From: Cenococcum geophilum
Taxonomy: Eukaryota
Assembly: GCA_050273025.1 (NCBI GenBank)
Contig: CP158635.1
Span: 26,970,001 to 27,034,000 of the forward strand
Direction: 5' to 3'
DNA length: 64,000 nt
The position numbers were made by a program, and so were the translations under genes. Below are positions 13,001-24,412 of the stretch, in pieces. Each line of letters opens with the position of its first letter. The stretch's first letter is position 1. Below the pieces are notes generated by a model, which was not told the origin of the DNA, did not search any database, and was given only the letters and a program-made list of their open reading frames with translations.

Positions 13001-13853
13001 CTTCTATAGGGAATCCCATCTCTTTCTGTCGCTCTATATCTTCTTATATCTTATCCTAGTTTATATTTTTAATAAGCAGCCTCTCCTAGCTCTCCTATAT
13101 GTCTATATTAACCCAAAAGCTAGTATAAATAGCTCTATAGTCTAATCCGTACTTATACTCCTAGATAGTACACTTTACTAGTTTACTCGCTAGGCCCAGG
13201 GTTACAAGCATAAGGTTAATTATTAATGTTCGCCCCGCGTCGCTTTTAAATATAGGTATTCCTACTAGAAGTAGGCTCTGGAGTAACCGGTCCGCCATAA
13301 AGTTAATAATTAGTATGCTTTCTTCCTACGTTAATATAGTACTAATGTAACTTCCTCCCTATAGCGGATTGTGCCGATTAAAGTCACCTATAATTACTAC
13401 CTTGGTATATAGGTCGCGTAATAGTTTACCCTAAATTAGCCCATTAATTATCTCCAGTCTACTAAAGAGCTCCTCTAGGTTCTCTTCCTTAGTTCTCCTT
13501 AAATATCTATCTAGAATGTATACCGACACAATTATAAGTCTCCTTTAGCCAACGTACGCTACTACCGCCGTAATATCTACTAAATCTACCTATAGCTGTG
13601 TAGCTATTAGCTTTCTAAATGCCTAGATATATAACCTAACTAGGGGATACCGCTGCTGCCTACCTATTAGGACGAACCTTATCTATTAGGGATTTAAGCT
13701 AGCTAGCACTACTTCCCTATCTAAGAGAAAGTAGTAAGGCTCCTGGCCTAAAATAAAGTAGAAGTCCGCTAGCGCTTCGTTATTATATAGCGCATGCTGC
13801 GCCTCCCTATACTTCTTTATATTCGCCTAGAGGATCTAAAGTTCTCTATTTAT
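10030..13853 (-). pseudogene. LINE ORF2: AP endonuclease, reverse transcriptase, RNase H, Zn finger
   Basis: L*IL*AN start, GDFNRHNPL*GG, NYRPISLLLTLGKAL, AFINDY (FIDD), *ILGHLGFMGNEKANKLAK, HFLFSCRRW, FIKETG. Confidence 0.88.
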
Positions 13854-15228
13854 AGCGCTATTGTATAAGAATCCTATCCATCTCTTTCCTATATACTAGG
13901 CATTTACGGTATAAGGCTTAGTAAGGACCCTAGCAGTTTACGCAGTATAGATTTACCGTCTTATACCAGAGATAGCCTTCCTGCCTATATATTTTGCATA
14001 TATTAGGTCGCGTGTAGTCTCTAGCCCTATATTTAAACCTTTTGCATTTATAGCATGCTATAGGGGTACGTCGCTCCTTAAATAGTAATATAATAATCGC
14101 GCCTCCCCTAAATAACACGTTGTCTAATATAAGCAGCTTCTCTACATCCTCCTTTGTTACTACTTTAACAATTACCGACGCGTGCTGACCGCGCGGCCTT
14201 GGTTGTCCTAGCTATCTTATTATATATACCTCTATACTATTCTCTACCCCAAAGCGCTCTATAGCTAACTTACTTACTTTTCCGCTATTAATATCTATTG
14301 CTAAAGGTACTTTAACCTAGTCTGCCTTAACCGTATACCACTTAGGTCCAATAAGCCTCGCCCTAGGGATATATAGTTTAAGCCATTAAGCAGTCGTCTA
14401 CCTAAACGTAGCTTTTTTGTTTTTTTCTACTAAGAATCTAATAATGCTCGCGCTATCGCTTATTCGCTATATACGGAAGTCCTTAAGTATAGCTCCCGTA
14501 AGCCCCTTAACATCCTTTATACCTTACGCAATAGTTTACTTTACTGCTTTAGTAGTAGCTACCCTCTCTATTACCTCCTTACCCGCTCGGCTAATGTCTA
14601 TCACTAGCTACTAATTGGGTTCCTTAGGGTTCCTAGCGCTTGTCATTTATAGCAAGGTTATCTCTAACCCTGCTATACCTCTACTAGCCGCTACTAATAC
14701 CTATAATTATATTAGAGCTAAGGGAGTGTTTAGTTGCGCTTATAAGAACTGGATAGCCTTTTAGAGTTCGGCGTTTTGCTTTTTAAGGCTTTACTATTCC
14801 GATTTAATATCTATAAGGTCATTTCTAATACTCTTAATAATACTATTCTGGTTTATAATAATGTTGCTCTACTATACTATAGTTTCTTTAAGGCTTTTAA
14901 TAAGTTAATAAAATTTATTATAATTAATACCTCCTCCTTTACGTTTGGGTAAAATAGAGACTCTTACTATAGGGAATAGAGGCAGTATATGCTGTATAGC
15001 TTATAGTCCGGTTTATAGTGCGGTTGTCTACTATTTAAACTATACTAATATTTGGGCTCGTGTCCTCAGCGACTGCTAGGCCTCTTATACCTTCGCGCTC
15101 GGTTTCTTTATACGTCTTAGTAGAGCTACTGGCGGGTCTAGAGGTGGTGTTGCTAATACGCGTTTAGGGGTCGAAGCAGCTATTAGGGCTCCGGGGCTTC
15201 GTTTAGTAGGCCGCAGGGGCCGCCTTAT
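13850..15228 (-). pseudogene. LINE ORF1 (gag-like, CCHC knuckles)
   Basis: Coiled-coil region, then CYKCKRFKYRARDY..CKIY...CVNC*GPY (includes track ORF 13930-14118). Confidence 0.82.
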
Positions 15229-15497
15229 AGCGGGAACTAGCTAAATAAAAGACTAGGATTTAATTAAAAGAATATCTAAGATAAATATCCTCCTCTTTTA
15301 AAAGTTCTGTCTAGCTTTTTCACACCAGAACTGACAGGGAGGGCAGCTAGCACGCTTAGGTAGCCCCCTTATAGGATCTAAAGGCTCCTTAGAGCTTAAT
15401 CCTAGGAGGCGAATTTTATAGGGCGTCTAAAACGGGCACCTAAAGCCTCTACGGTCGTTAGCGAAACTGGCTTCGCCTATTCCCCTAGGGGAATAAT

Positions 15498-15580
15498 CCC
15501 CCAGGGCTTCGTTTCCCTAGGGCTTCGTTCCCCTAGGGCTTCGTTCCCCTAGGGCTTCGTTCCCCCAGGGCTTCTTTCCC
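15498..15580. repeat. 15-bp tandem repeat ccccagggcttcgtt x5 (possibly coding PQGFV)
   Basis: Direct inspection. Confidence 0.75.
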
Positions 15581-17511
15581 TACGCTTCCTCTCCCCTTAG
15601 CCTCTAAGCTCGCTTAGATCCGCCCTTATCTTCTTACGTCTCTACAACAGCCCGCTAATTGCTTCTTTAAGGTCTTCTGTTCATCCCTAGCGCTAAAATA
15701 GCTCTGATTTTAACATAGTATAATACACATATAGCTCTATCTAGAGGCTATTATCTTCGCCGGCTACGACGCTTAAGATAAGCTTAAAGTTCTTAAGTAA
15801 AAGCGTATTAAGGTCAAACCTGTCGTCTATAGCTGTCGGATATAGAATGCAAAGATATGCGAGATAAGCTTGTGAAGCTGTTTAGGACCACTTTTAAATC
15901 GCTATAGATATAGAATTATGGCGGGGGCAATGTAATATTTACTGGCCGCGCGGAGCGTTCTAAGCTTTGCTTTTGCAATCAAAAGTTCAGCTCAAAGAGT
16001 GTGGCGCAGCGCGGCTGACCCTAGGTGGCTCGACAAAGCTACCTTACCACGTCATAGTTCGAAGACGCGCTGTCTCCCTAACTTAGAAGATTTATAAATA
16101 CACCGATTGTGTAAACAATCTCCTTATAGACATCTCTCACTTTAGCAATAGTGAATTTATCGTACAATGCCTCGAAGCATCCTACTTTCGCAGTTTTTCC
16201 TCCCGCTATTGGCCGTTGGTTTTGGGCGTTTTGTTACTAGCCTAGATGACCCTTATTAAGACTACCACAATCCCATTTATAATGCTAGCCCTAAGGTTAT
16301 AGAGAAAGTCCAAACTCAGTATAACAGCATTCGTTATTCCTTTAACTATTAAAATGTAGCATTATAGCTTACGACCTTCCTTTCCTCGTTGTTCTTAAAG
16401 CGTCTTAAAGCGTTAATCTAGATTATAGCCGATCAAACCAAGATATACTACTTAAATAACGCAGGATAATGGTTTTAATATACTATATAGTCTTAAGAAA
16501 CCCGTAAGTAGATTAAGAGAACTATCGATAAAGGGGAACGCCCAGCTGTAAGGGGCGCTTAGTTATATAATGCTCTACTATATAATAGTTTTACAAGAGG
16601 ATCCTCTTGTTTAAACGCGCCTATTTAGACCACGCTGGTTTATCTAGCGATTCGTCTAAGTTAGAAAAATAGTGTTGCTTTATAATACTAACGTCCTCTA
16701 ATCTTTTCGAAGAATAATAAAAGGCGCTTTATAACCAAAATTAAGGGAACAGCTAACTAAATTACTTAGGTAATAGCAATTATATATCTAGGCTTACGCC
16801 TCACTATTATTAAGGTATTACGTTGGTAAAGAGTACTAATTTAAGTTTTAAGTCGGCATAATTTATAGCCTTTAAAACCTTTTATAACGAAGAGTAGTAA
16901 GACCCTTAGTATATACTGGCCTTAAGTTATAATAGAGCAGCGCCCGGTAGGCTTTCTAATTAGGCCAACTTGGGATAAGCTATAAAAAGGGCTCTTAATT
17001 ATTCGTGTAGCACGTAGGTAGTTATAACACATTTTTTACTTTATATCTACTAAATAAGTTTTCGCTGCAGCTATACCTAAAAAACACAATTATATAACCT
17101 ACGTCTTTATAAACTCTTCTACTACTTTATGTTTCGGCATCGCTTCCTAGAGCTGCTTGATTTATTATCGCAACTTAGTAGTATATAGAAGGTCCATTTA
17201 TACTGCAGCTATAGCATTCTTAGGATAGCTCTATCTTTTAATTATTTAGCTTATGGAATGTCGTTTACGCTATATATATACATTCCTATTCGCTCTTAAT
17301 AGGCATAGATCTATACTATAACCCTACTTAACCCCGCTAGCTATTCTCGTGGCTCCTATGCTTACTATCTCTGTATTTAGTATAACTTATTCTTGCGGCA
17401 GTTTGGCCTAAATAATGTAATAACTAAAGATAAGAGCGTGCTTTATATATATAGCTTAACGTAGTAAATCTAGCAAGTTATACCCTATCTTAATATATGA
17501 TAAGCGATAAA

Positions 17512-18080
17512 ATAATAGATTTAATAAAAAATACTTTTAATCTAGCGGACCTAGTAACATCTACTCTTTAGTTAAGTCAATCGCTGTATCTTATAGCTAG
17601 AGGCCTTCTAAGTTAAAGCCCTATACCTAAACTTATAGAACTACTTAAAGCCCTTAACACGGTATTAGAAAAGCTTGCCTAGATATTAACTATAATAAAT
17701 GCCGAATTTATAGCACTAGAGCTCCCTCTATAAAGTTATGGTAAGTATTGCAAAGAGCTTAATAAACAGATTAGTTAGGCGGCTTAATTAGGTGCTTATA
17801 ACTGGGCCACATTCGAGTATATAGGCTAGGATATCTTTGGCTTTATATATACTTTAAAAATATATATATCTACTATTGTAATAAAGATGATAGACGTTGC
17901 GTTATATGTTAAAGGCGTACTTATATGGACTAGAGCTAACACTAGTATAGGTCTATAGGCAATATTATATTTACTAGAGAATACCTTAAGGAATATAAAG
18001 AGCTTATTAAAGACACTTAGTCCGCTATCCTTAAAGAACTAGAAAGCAAGGTTTATTAATTAGGCAAAATAAAACAGTAG
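17512..18080 (+). pseudogene. HeLo-like N-terminal (SesA-type, fungal STAND N-terminal) domain gene
   Basis: L*LSQSLY...ELLKALNTVLEKL...AEFIALELPL*SYGKYCKEL...NWATFEYIG*DIFGF...YISTI..DVAL, an intron, then EYLKEYKELIKDT. This resembles the Helo_like_N pattern LKLPLLRCG..C..F..DWAKL.YMG.DI.GF. Confidence 0.6.
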
Positions 18081-18948
18081 CTTAGTAAATTAATTTTTCT
18101 ATTACACTATAGGTTAATGCATAGTCATTTATTAAACTAGTCTAGGCTATCTATTAGTAGCTACTGCTGGTATATATTTTCTTAATATAGCTATAAGGGC
18201 CGTTTGCCTGGGGTGGAATACTAGCACTATTAATACCGAAATTTTTTAGTACTATGTTAATTACTATTCTATTCTTAACCTAATCTTATTATCCGCGTAT
18301 ATATACTATACTTAACATTTCTTAAGATAGTCTTTCTCTAAATTTCTTAACATTTGAGTTAAGTAAAGTAATAGAAGAGGCGTTAGTAATAGAGTCTATC
18401 TTAAAAGAGTTAACCGTAGATAATTGCGATAACGGGTTAGGTCTAGGGCGGACTCATTAATAGGAGTTTGGAAAGCGACGCATTCGTTTAAGATAAGATT
18501 GAGGGGAAATTTAATATGTAGGTTCTTTAAAGTTCTCTAGAGATAATAGGGTAGTATTAACCTAGGCGCGGACGTAGTCTATAATAGTGATGGTGATAAT
18601 AAGCTTGGCCTTATATAAGAGTTTTAAACAACCATTGCTTAGGAAGCGAGTTAGAAGGGCTTAAATCACATAACCTTAACACTATATTTAATTAAAGTTA
18701 AAATCGCATTAAATGCAATAAGATAGCATGCAAAAGTTAAGTGTTAATTTATTTCCTACTGCTGATAAGGTATAAACACCGGTTAGTATACCCTACAGCG
18801 ATAAGGCAATTACGCCCGTAGGAAGATAAAAAACCGCTAAATATGCGACCTAAGGGATCGCGGACGCTTTATTAATATAATAGACTCCGCAATAAAGACG
18901 AATATAAAGGAGGGTGGTATTCGCGTCGCTAGGCTTCGCTTATAGCAG

Positions 18949-19230
18949 GTCCCTTATTTAAACTGGCCGGTTTATAAAGGGTGCGTTACACATTTAGGGA
19001 TTACAAAACAATTTTTCTACTTAAAGTTCCCTTATAAAGATCATTATCTGGTCCTAGCTGGCATTTGCCCTACTATTAGAAACTCTTAGCATCTACCCCA
19101 CTAACCTTCACCTCTATATGCCATTCTGTGGCGAAAAGCGCGTTTAAACACTAACTTCTTTCTTTATTCGCGTTAAAAATTAAACGCCTTTTAAATAAGG
19201 GTGTGGCTAGAGCGGGTCGGCACCCTCCCT
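18949..19230 (+). repeat. Conserved inter-cassette linker plus left TIR-like motif, copy 1
   Basis: Aligns with 23384-23645 (gtccctta...ctattagaaactcttagcatc...gtttaaacactaac...aaaaattaaacgcctYttaaaYaagggt). Confidence 0.85.
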
Positions 19231-19299
19231 ACTAACGCCGGCATAATATTAAAGTAAATTTATATAGCATCGGAACCCTTAATAGAGGGTAAGATAATT

Positions 19300-22200
19300 T
19301 TTAAGTTACTTATAAAAGGGATTAGTAGATATGTTTTTTAAGCCCTAATTTAAGAAGCTTCTTTAAAGAAAAAGGGTAGTAATTGGAAAACTATTCTAGC
19401 AAGTGTAGGCATAAAGTAGGTGCTAAGAAAGTACCAATAGTAAATATATGAAAATGAAAATAACTTCAACACTATAAAGAAGAAGCTGTTTCTGTATAAA
19501 GAGCCCTATAAACCTAGCATGCCGGATAAGTTCCTATATAATAGATCCTATAGGCTTAAAAAATTAGAGAAATTCCTACAAAAGAAGCCTAACAAATTTG
19601 GCGATAAGTAGAAGTCCTATTATACTTCCTCCTAACTCTTTCCTACTACACTAGTAGAGGTATATAATCCCACTTAGTAGATTATAATAGATGGAATAAG
19701 CGCTAAAGAGTATATACTGGATATTATTCTTTAACTCTTTAATATATAAATTTATAAGCCTACTAACCTTAAATACGACTGGTACTTGCTTGGGATATAA
19801 GTGTTTAAGCTTAGAAAGAAACTTATAAAGTTTAGGGTTATTATTATATATTAGTTATCCTTTATCGGTAATACGGTAAATAAAATCTTCTGCCCGTGTT
19901 AAGAGACTTAAGAGATTATTGTAAATTATATAGAGCTTAGAAGAGGTTAAGCTAAGAGAGATAAAAGCGTAGGTTTTAGAACGTAGATAGACTACTAGGC
20001 GTTCTATAGGCGTTCTATAATTTCTTATTAAATTTCTACTTTATTCTTCTATATAGTATTGCACTTATAGAGTCTTGCCTATTAAATTACGCCAAATCCT
20101 AAGTTCTCTATCGTCACTTAATGATCTATTATTATTACTCCGGCTCGGTTTATTGATATTAGTAGTATTAATTTGCCCTTTTACTGGGTCACTTTAGTGT
20201 AATCCGTTAATAGGGTGGCCAGAAGTCCGCAGCTTATTACTGTCGTTTAAAACTACTGTCTCTTTATTACTATCTTTATCACTATCCTCTTTCCATCCTT
20301 AATTACAAGGTGTAAAATATATAATACTAGGGTAGTATATACAGATTATCTACCGAGCTCTTTCTACAGACCTGTAAAAATTATTAGCGATCTAATTTAG
20401 GTTTGTTTGAGGCATATATATAATAGGACTTATTTAATAAGTATAGAAAAGAACTATATTTTAGTAAGGCTTAGTATTTAGGGAAAAGCTAGCTTAATCT
20501 AAGGACGTTTAGAGGTAAGGCGAATACCACCTTTATAATATTTCCTCTACTGCTTAGCTAAGCTAAGACTAAGTTTAGAAAGGGAGATTAATATTGCCTA
20601 AATAAGGCGAAGTATATTAGCGGCCCCTTTACCCTAAAGCTGGCGCATAATATCTATTAGCTATAATTACTCCTTACTTAGTATGTTGTCTATGCCTAAA
20701 AGTATAGGCTACTAGACTAAATCTAACGGTGGCTATTTAAATTAAAGGAGGCATTGCTAGGGGTAATTATTAGCTAAGCTGTTACTAAATATAAATACCT
20801 AACTAAAACATATTATATTAGTGTGGAAGAACTGACGTACTAGTCTCTAGCTTTATAAGCAGTACTTAGCTATTATTGCTTATTAAATTATAAGTAGTCT
20901 TAATACTCTAGCTCTTATTAGTATTAATATAAAGAAGCTTATATAAACACCACATACTTTAATAGCTGGAGAAGTTTATATGAATTTGTTAACCGGGATC
21001 GTGTAAATTACTCTAAGATTAATATTTCTGCCTAAATCTATATAACGTGGGTGAAAGCAATACCGCCTTTTAAGCGCTGTACTATGGTTTTTAAGGTATA
21101 TAGTGTAAGTAAGGAGTTAGGAGATAAAGCTACGGCTTATTTAGCCACCTCTAACGTAACTAAGAAGAAGTTTAGGAATATAGTTCCTACTCTATCTGGA
21201 ACTAGATAAGGGCTTTTATATACTAGTGTTTAGGGGTAGCCCTAATAGTTAATTATCGTTTAAAGTTAGTAATCCGGCTAAGCTAAGTTTTACGCTTAAA
21301 ATTAAATAGGGGATTTATTTAATATTATAAAAAGAGGCTTAGATACTAGATGCTAGTAGAGGTATTAGCCCCTTAAATACCCAGAAGCCACAGGCGGTAA
21401 AGAGATTATCCTATAACTATTAATGTAACTTAGTATTACGGCGAAGCAGCTTATGTAATTTAATATTTTTAGATTGGAGCTATACTTCTAGCGTTAGTCC
21501 TATAAGGGTATAAAGGGCGCTATCGCGCAGTTTTTTTTGCTCTATAGCACTTATAATTTCTAATTCTTTTATACTGGCCCTAAGCTCTTACTAGCTATAC
21601 TTTCTCCAGTTAAGGACTACTTATAGCCATCTAATTCTAGATAGGTGGGAATACCATCTTTACCTACCTAAACATCCGGAATGGAAATTTTGTATCCCTA
21701 TAACACCTAAGAGCATAAGGATATATATATTTTAGGAATAGACTATACGGAAAGCTATGGTAAGGCCAGCCCTATATTTTAAGTTTAGCCTATTAATCTT
21801 CTTACCTAATAATAGGCTCGTCTAACCCCGCGAATATAGTTACTAGTATTAAGTACGTTTCTCCAATGCCTCCTAGTAAGATAGCTAAATAATTATAGAT
21901 CTTTTAATTACACTAATAGCTAAGCAGGTAATAATGAAGCCCACTTTACAGATATTTCTAATAATAGCTTAGATTATAAAAGCGAAGATAAATAGCTTAT
22001 TAGATTCTTAAGAAGACCAAACCAAATTTTAGAAGGCATAGTTAAAAACGGTGCACTTAAATACTAGGTAGAGTGGAAGCCTAGGCTAACAAGCATTAGA
22101 GCTATAAAAAGAAATAAGAATTTAAGGTATTGCTCGGTTTATATTATAGATAAAGTAGCAGTTTTATGCTAAAAGCCTACTAAAGAGCCTATAACTAACC

Positions 22201-22700
22201 TAATATTCTATAAACTTCAATCTTATTATAAAAAGAATCTTAGTAAGTTTATTAAGCATATTATAAGGTTTCGAGAGCTTAGAGAGGCGCTTAAAAAGAA
22301 AGATAGAAAAACACTCGTGGCTTTAGTAGATAAGAGTAGAATATAGAAGGGACTTAGATTAACCTTATAAAACGCCATCAATAAAAGTAGCAAAAAAGAG
22401 ATTAATGGCGAATCTTCAAAAGCGAAAGAGAAGTAGAGATCACCCCTAAATACATAACGTATAGTAGGCTTAGATCTAAATGATTTAGGAACAGAACTTT
22501 CTCCTATAGTACTTTAACAGTTTCTAAACAATCGCTAAGTATTTCTAGTTACTGTTAAGTAATTTAATTATTTCCTATATATAACACGTTTTAGTCTTAT
22601 CTATCTATTGAACTAGATCGGAGTTTCTTACTATTATCTTAATACTAGCTTTAAGTCTAGAACCCTATGTCTTAATACCCCGCTACTTACCTCGTATATC
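19300..22700 (+). pseudogene. One or more RIP-degraded multi-exon hypothetical genes; possible chromodomain-like segment near 22020-22205
   Basis: Long + strand frames broken mainly by TAA/TAG, with GT..AG introns; QILEGIVKNGALKY*VEWKP...KPTKEPITNL. Confidence 0.35.
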
Positions 22701-23383
22701 TCCTCGTATATCTTATCGAATGTCTAAATACCTATTTCTATTACTAAATGACAATATAGTCGTCATTCTATTTACAACCTATTTGTTACCTATTTAGTAT
22801 ATATATAGAGGCTCTAAAGCCCTCTTTAATAAACAGAGTTCTTATACCTAATTATTAGTTTAATACTATCCTACTATTTCTTAGGAATGTCCTAATATAA
22901 GCGGGAATAGCTAAAGGTTCTGAGGGCTCTTAAGCGAGGCTTATAAAGCAGAATAACGTATGCTATATATACCATATAACTATAAAGAAGAGTTTATTAA
23001 AAGGCGGAACATTAGATGGTTGGATAAAGGTTAAGCTTAGGTCTACGTCCTTACTGCTAGTAAATTCCGCCTACTAAGACCACTTAAACCAGACGAGGTC
23101 TCCAAACAGGTTAGGCATACTTATTCTCGAATATAAAAATCAAAAGCACTTAATAAAGGTTATAGGCTTTTATAGCAGAAGCAGTTATTCTAGTACGTTT
23201 AATAGCACTGCCTAAGATAATAACTTTCTTGCCAATACTTTCTAAAACATTTAAGTTAGGACTAGGACTAGATAGTTAGTATAAGCTCTATTAATTTCCT
23301 TATATTAGTACTATTTGCGTTGTCTTATCTGCTGTAATGGATAAGTAAACGCACCCGCTTACTTATAACGGATCTTAACTATA

Positions 23384-23645
23384 GTCCCTTAAGCTAGCCG
23401 GTCTGTAGAGAGCGCGCCACGCGTTTACGGATCGCGAAATAAATTTTCTACTCTAAGTTCCCTTATGGAGATCCCATCTAGTACTAGCTAGCATTTACCC
23501 CGCTATTAGAAACTCTTAGCATCCACCCCATATACTATCCTATAGCGAAAGTACGTTTAAACACTAACCTCTCCCTTTATTTGCGTTTAAAAATTAAACG
23601 CCTCTTAAACAAGGGTCTAGTCAGTGCGGCTCGGCCACCCTCCTT
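23384..23645 (+). repeat. Conserved inter-cassette linker plus left TIR, copy 2
   Basis: Diverged direct repeat of 18949-19230. Confidence 0.85.
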
Positions 23646-24412
23646 GCTAGTAGGGGCGAGCTTAAAGTATTTTACACTCTAATTACCTGCTATAAATACC
23701 GCTAATTATGCTGCCTGTCCTGATGAGCCTTTATAAATATTTGGCTTAGCTTTGCGCTTAAATATACGTTTATATAGTGAAAACGGTTAGCTAACCTAAG
23801 TCTAGAATAATTGCAGAACCAATATATATAGGCAGCAGCTTAATATAGGTGCCAGCCTACGGCTCATATAAAGCCTTCAAAATCCGCTAAAAAGTATTGG
23901 AATTTTAGAAAGAGGTTTTACAATAAACTATTAATAAGAGTATAGTTAGTGAAATCGACAAAGTTTTAGGTCTAATGCACACCTATATAAGCTTAAAGGC
24001 TTAAGAGCTACTAAGGCGCTAGTAGTAGGCGAGCTAATTATAGGGTGGTAGAATATGGCAGAATTTAGCAGGTAATGCGCCCGTCATACGTATAGTGTTT
24101 ATACACGTGATATAAAAAGACGCTAAGGGCCGGAACTAAGGAGAAAGATTAGGCCGAACCTACTGCGGACTTTAGTCTTTGAATCACCTTCTTATTTTTA
24201 ATAAGCAAAAATTTCAAAGGCATTAAACTGCCCCGCCTTCGCAAACACAGTCCTAGAATTATCCCTTAACCCTAGTATAAAAGCGCAACCAAAGTTAAGA
24301 GCTATTAGCGTGGGAGTTAACTTACGCAATCTTGTGCAATATATTGTTATCTCTATTAGCTGCGGTTAAACTTATTCCGATAGGTTAAGATATATAGGAG
24401 GATAGATTGTTT

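Larger units (their letters stand above)
9614..15322 (-). mobile_element. Full-length Tad1-like LINE, RIP-mutated
   Basis: ORF1 plus ORF2, a (TA)n tail near 9615-9631, and a 13-bp target duplication tactagaactgac (9601-9613) / caccagaactgac (15323-15335) differing only by C>T. Confidence 0.9.
9504..15371. mobile_element. ~146-bp MITE-like element with YAAGGG-type TIRs and TA duplication, split by the LINE
   Basis: taagggggctacctaagcgggctagccgccctccctattagtt at 9504 is inverted at 15329-15371. TA flanks both ends (9502-3 and 15372-3). Confidence 0.8.
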
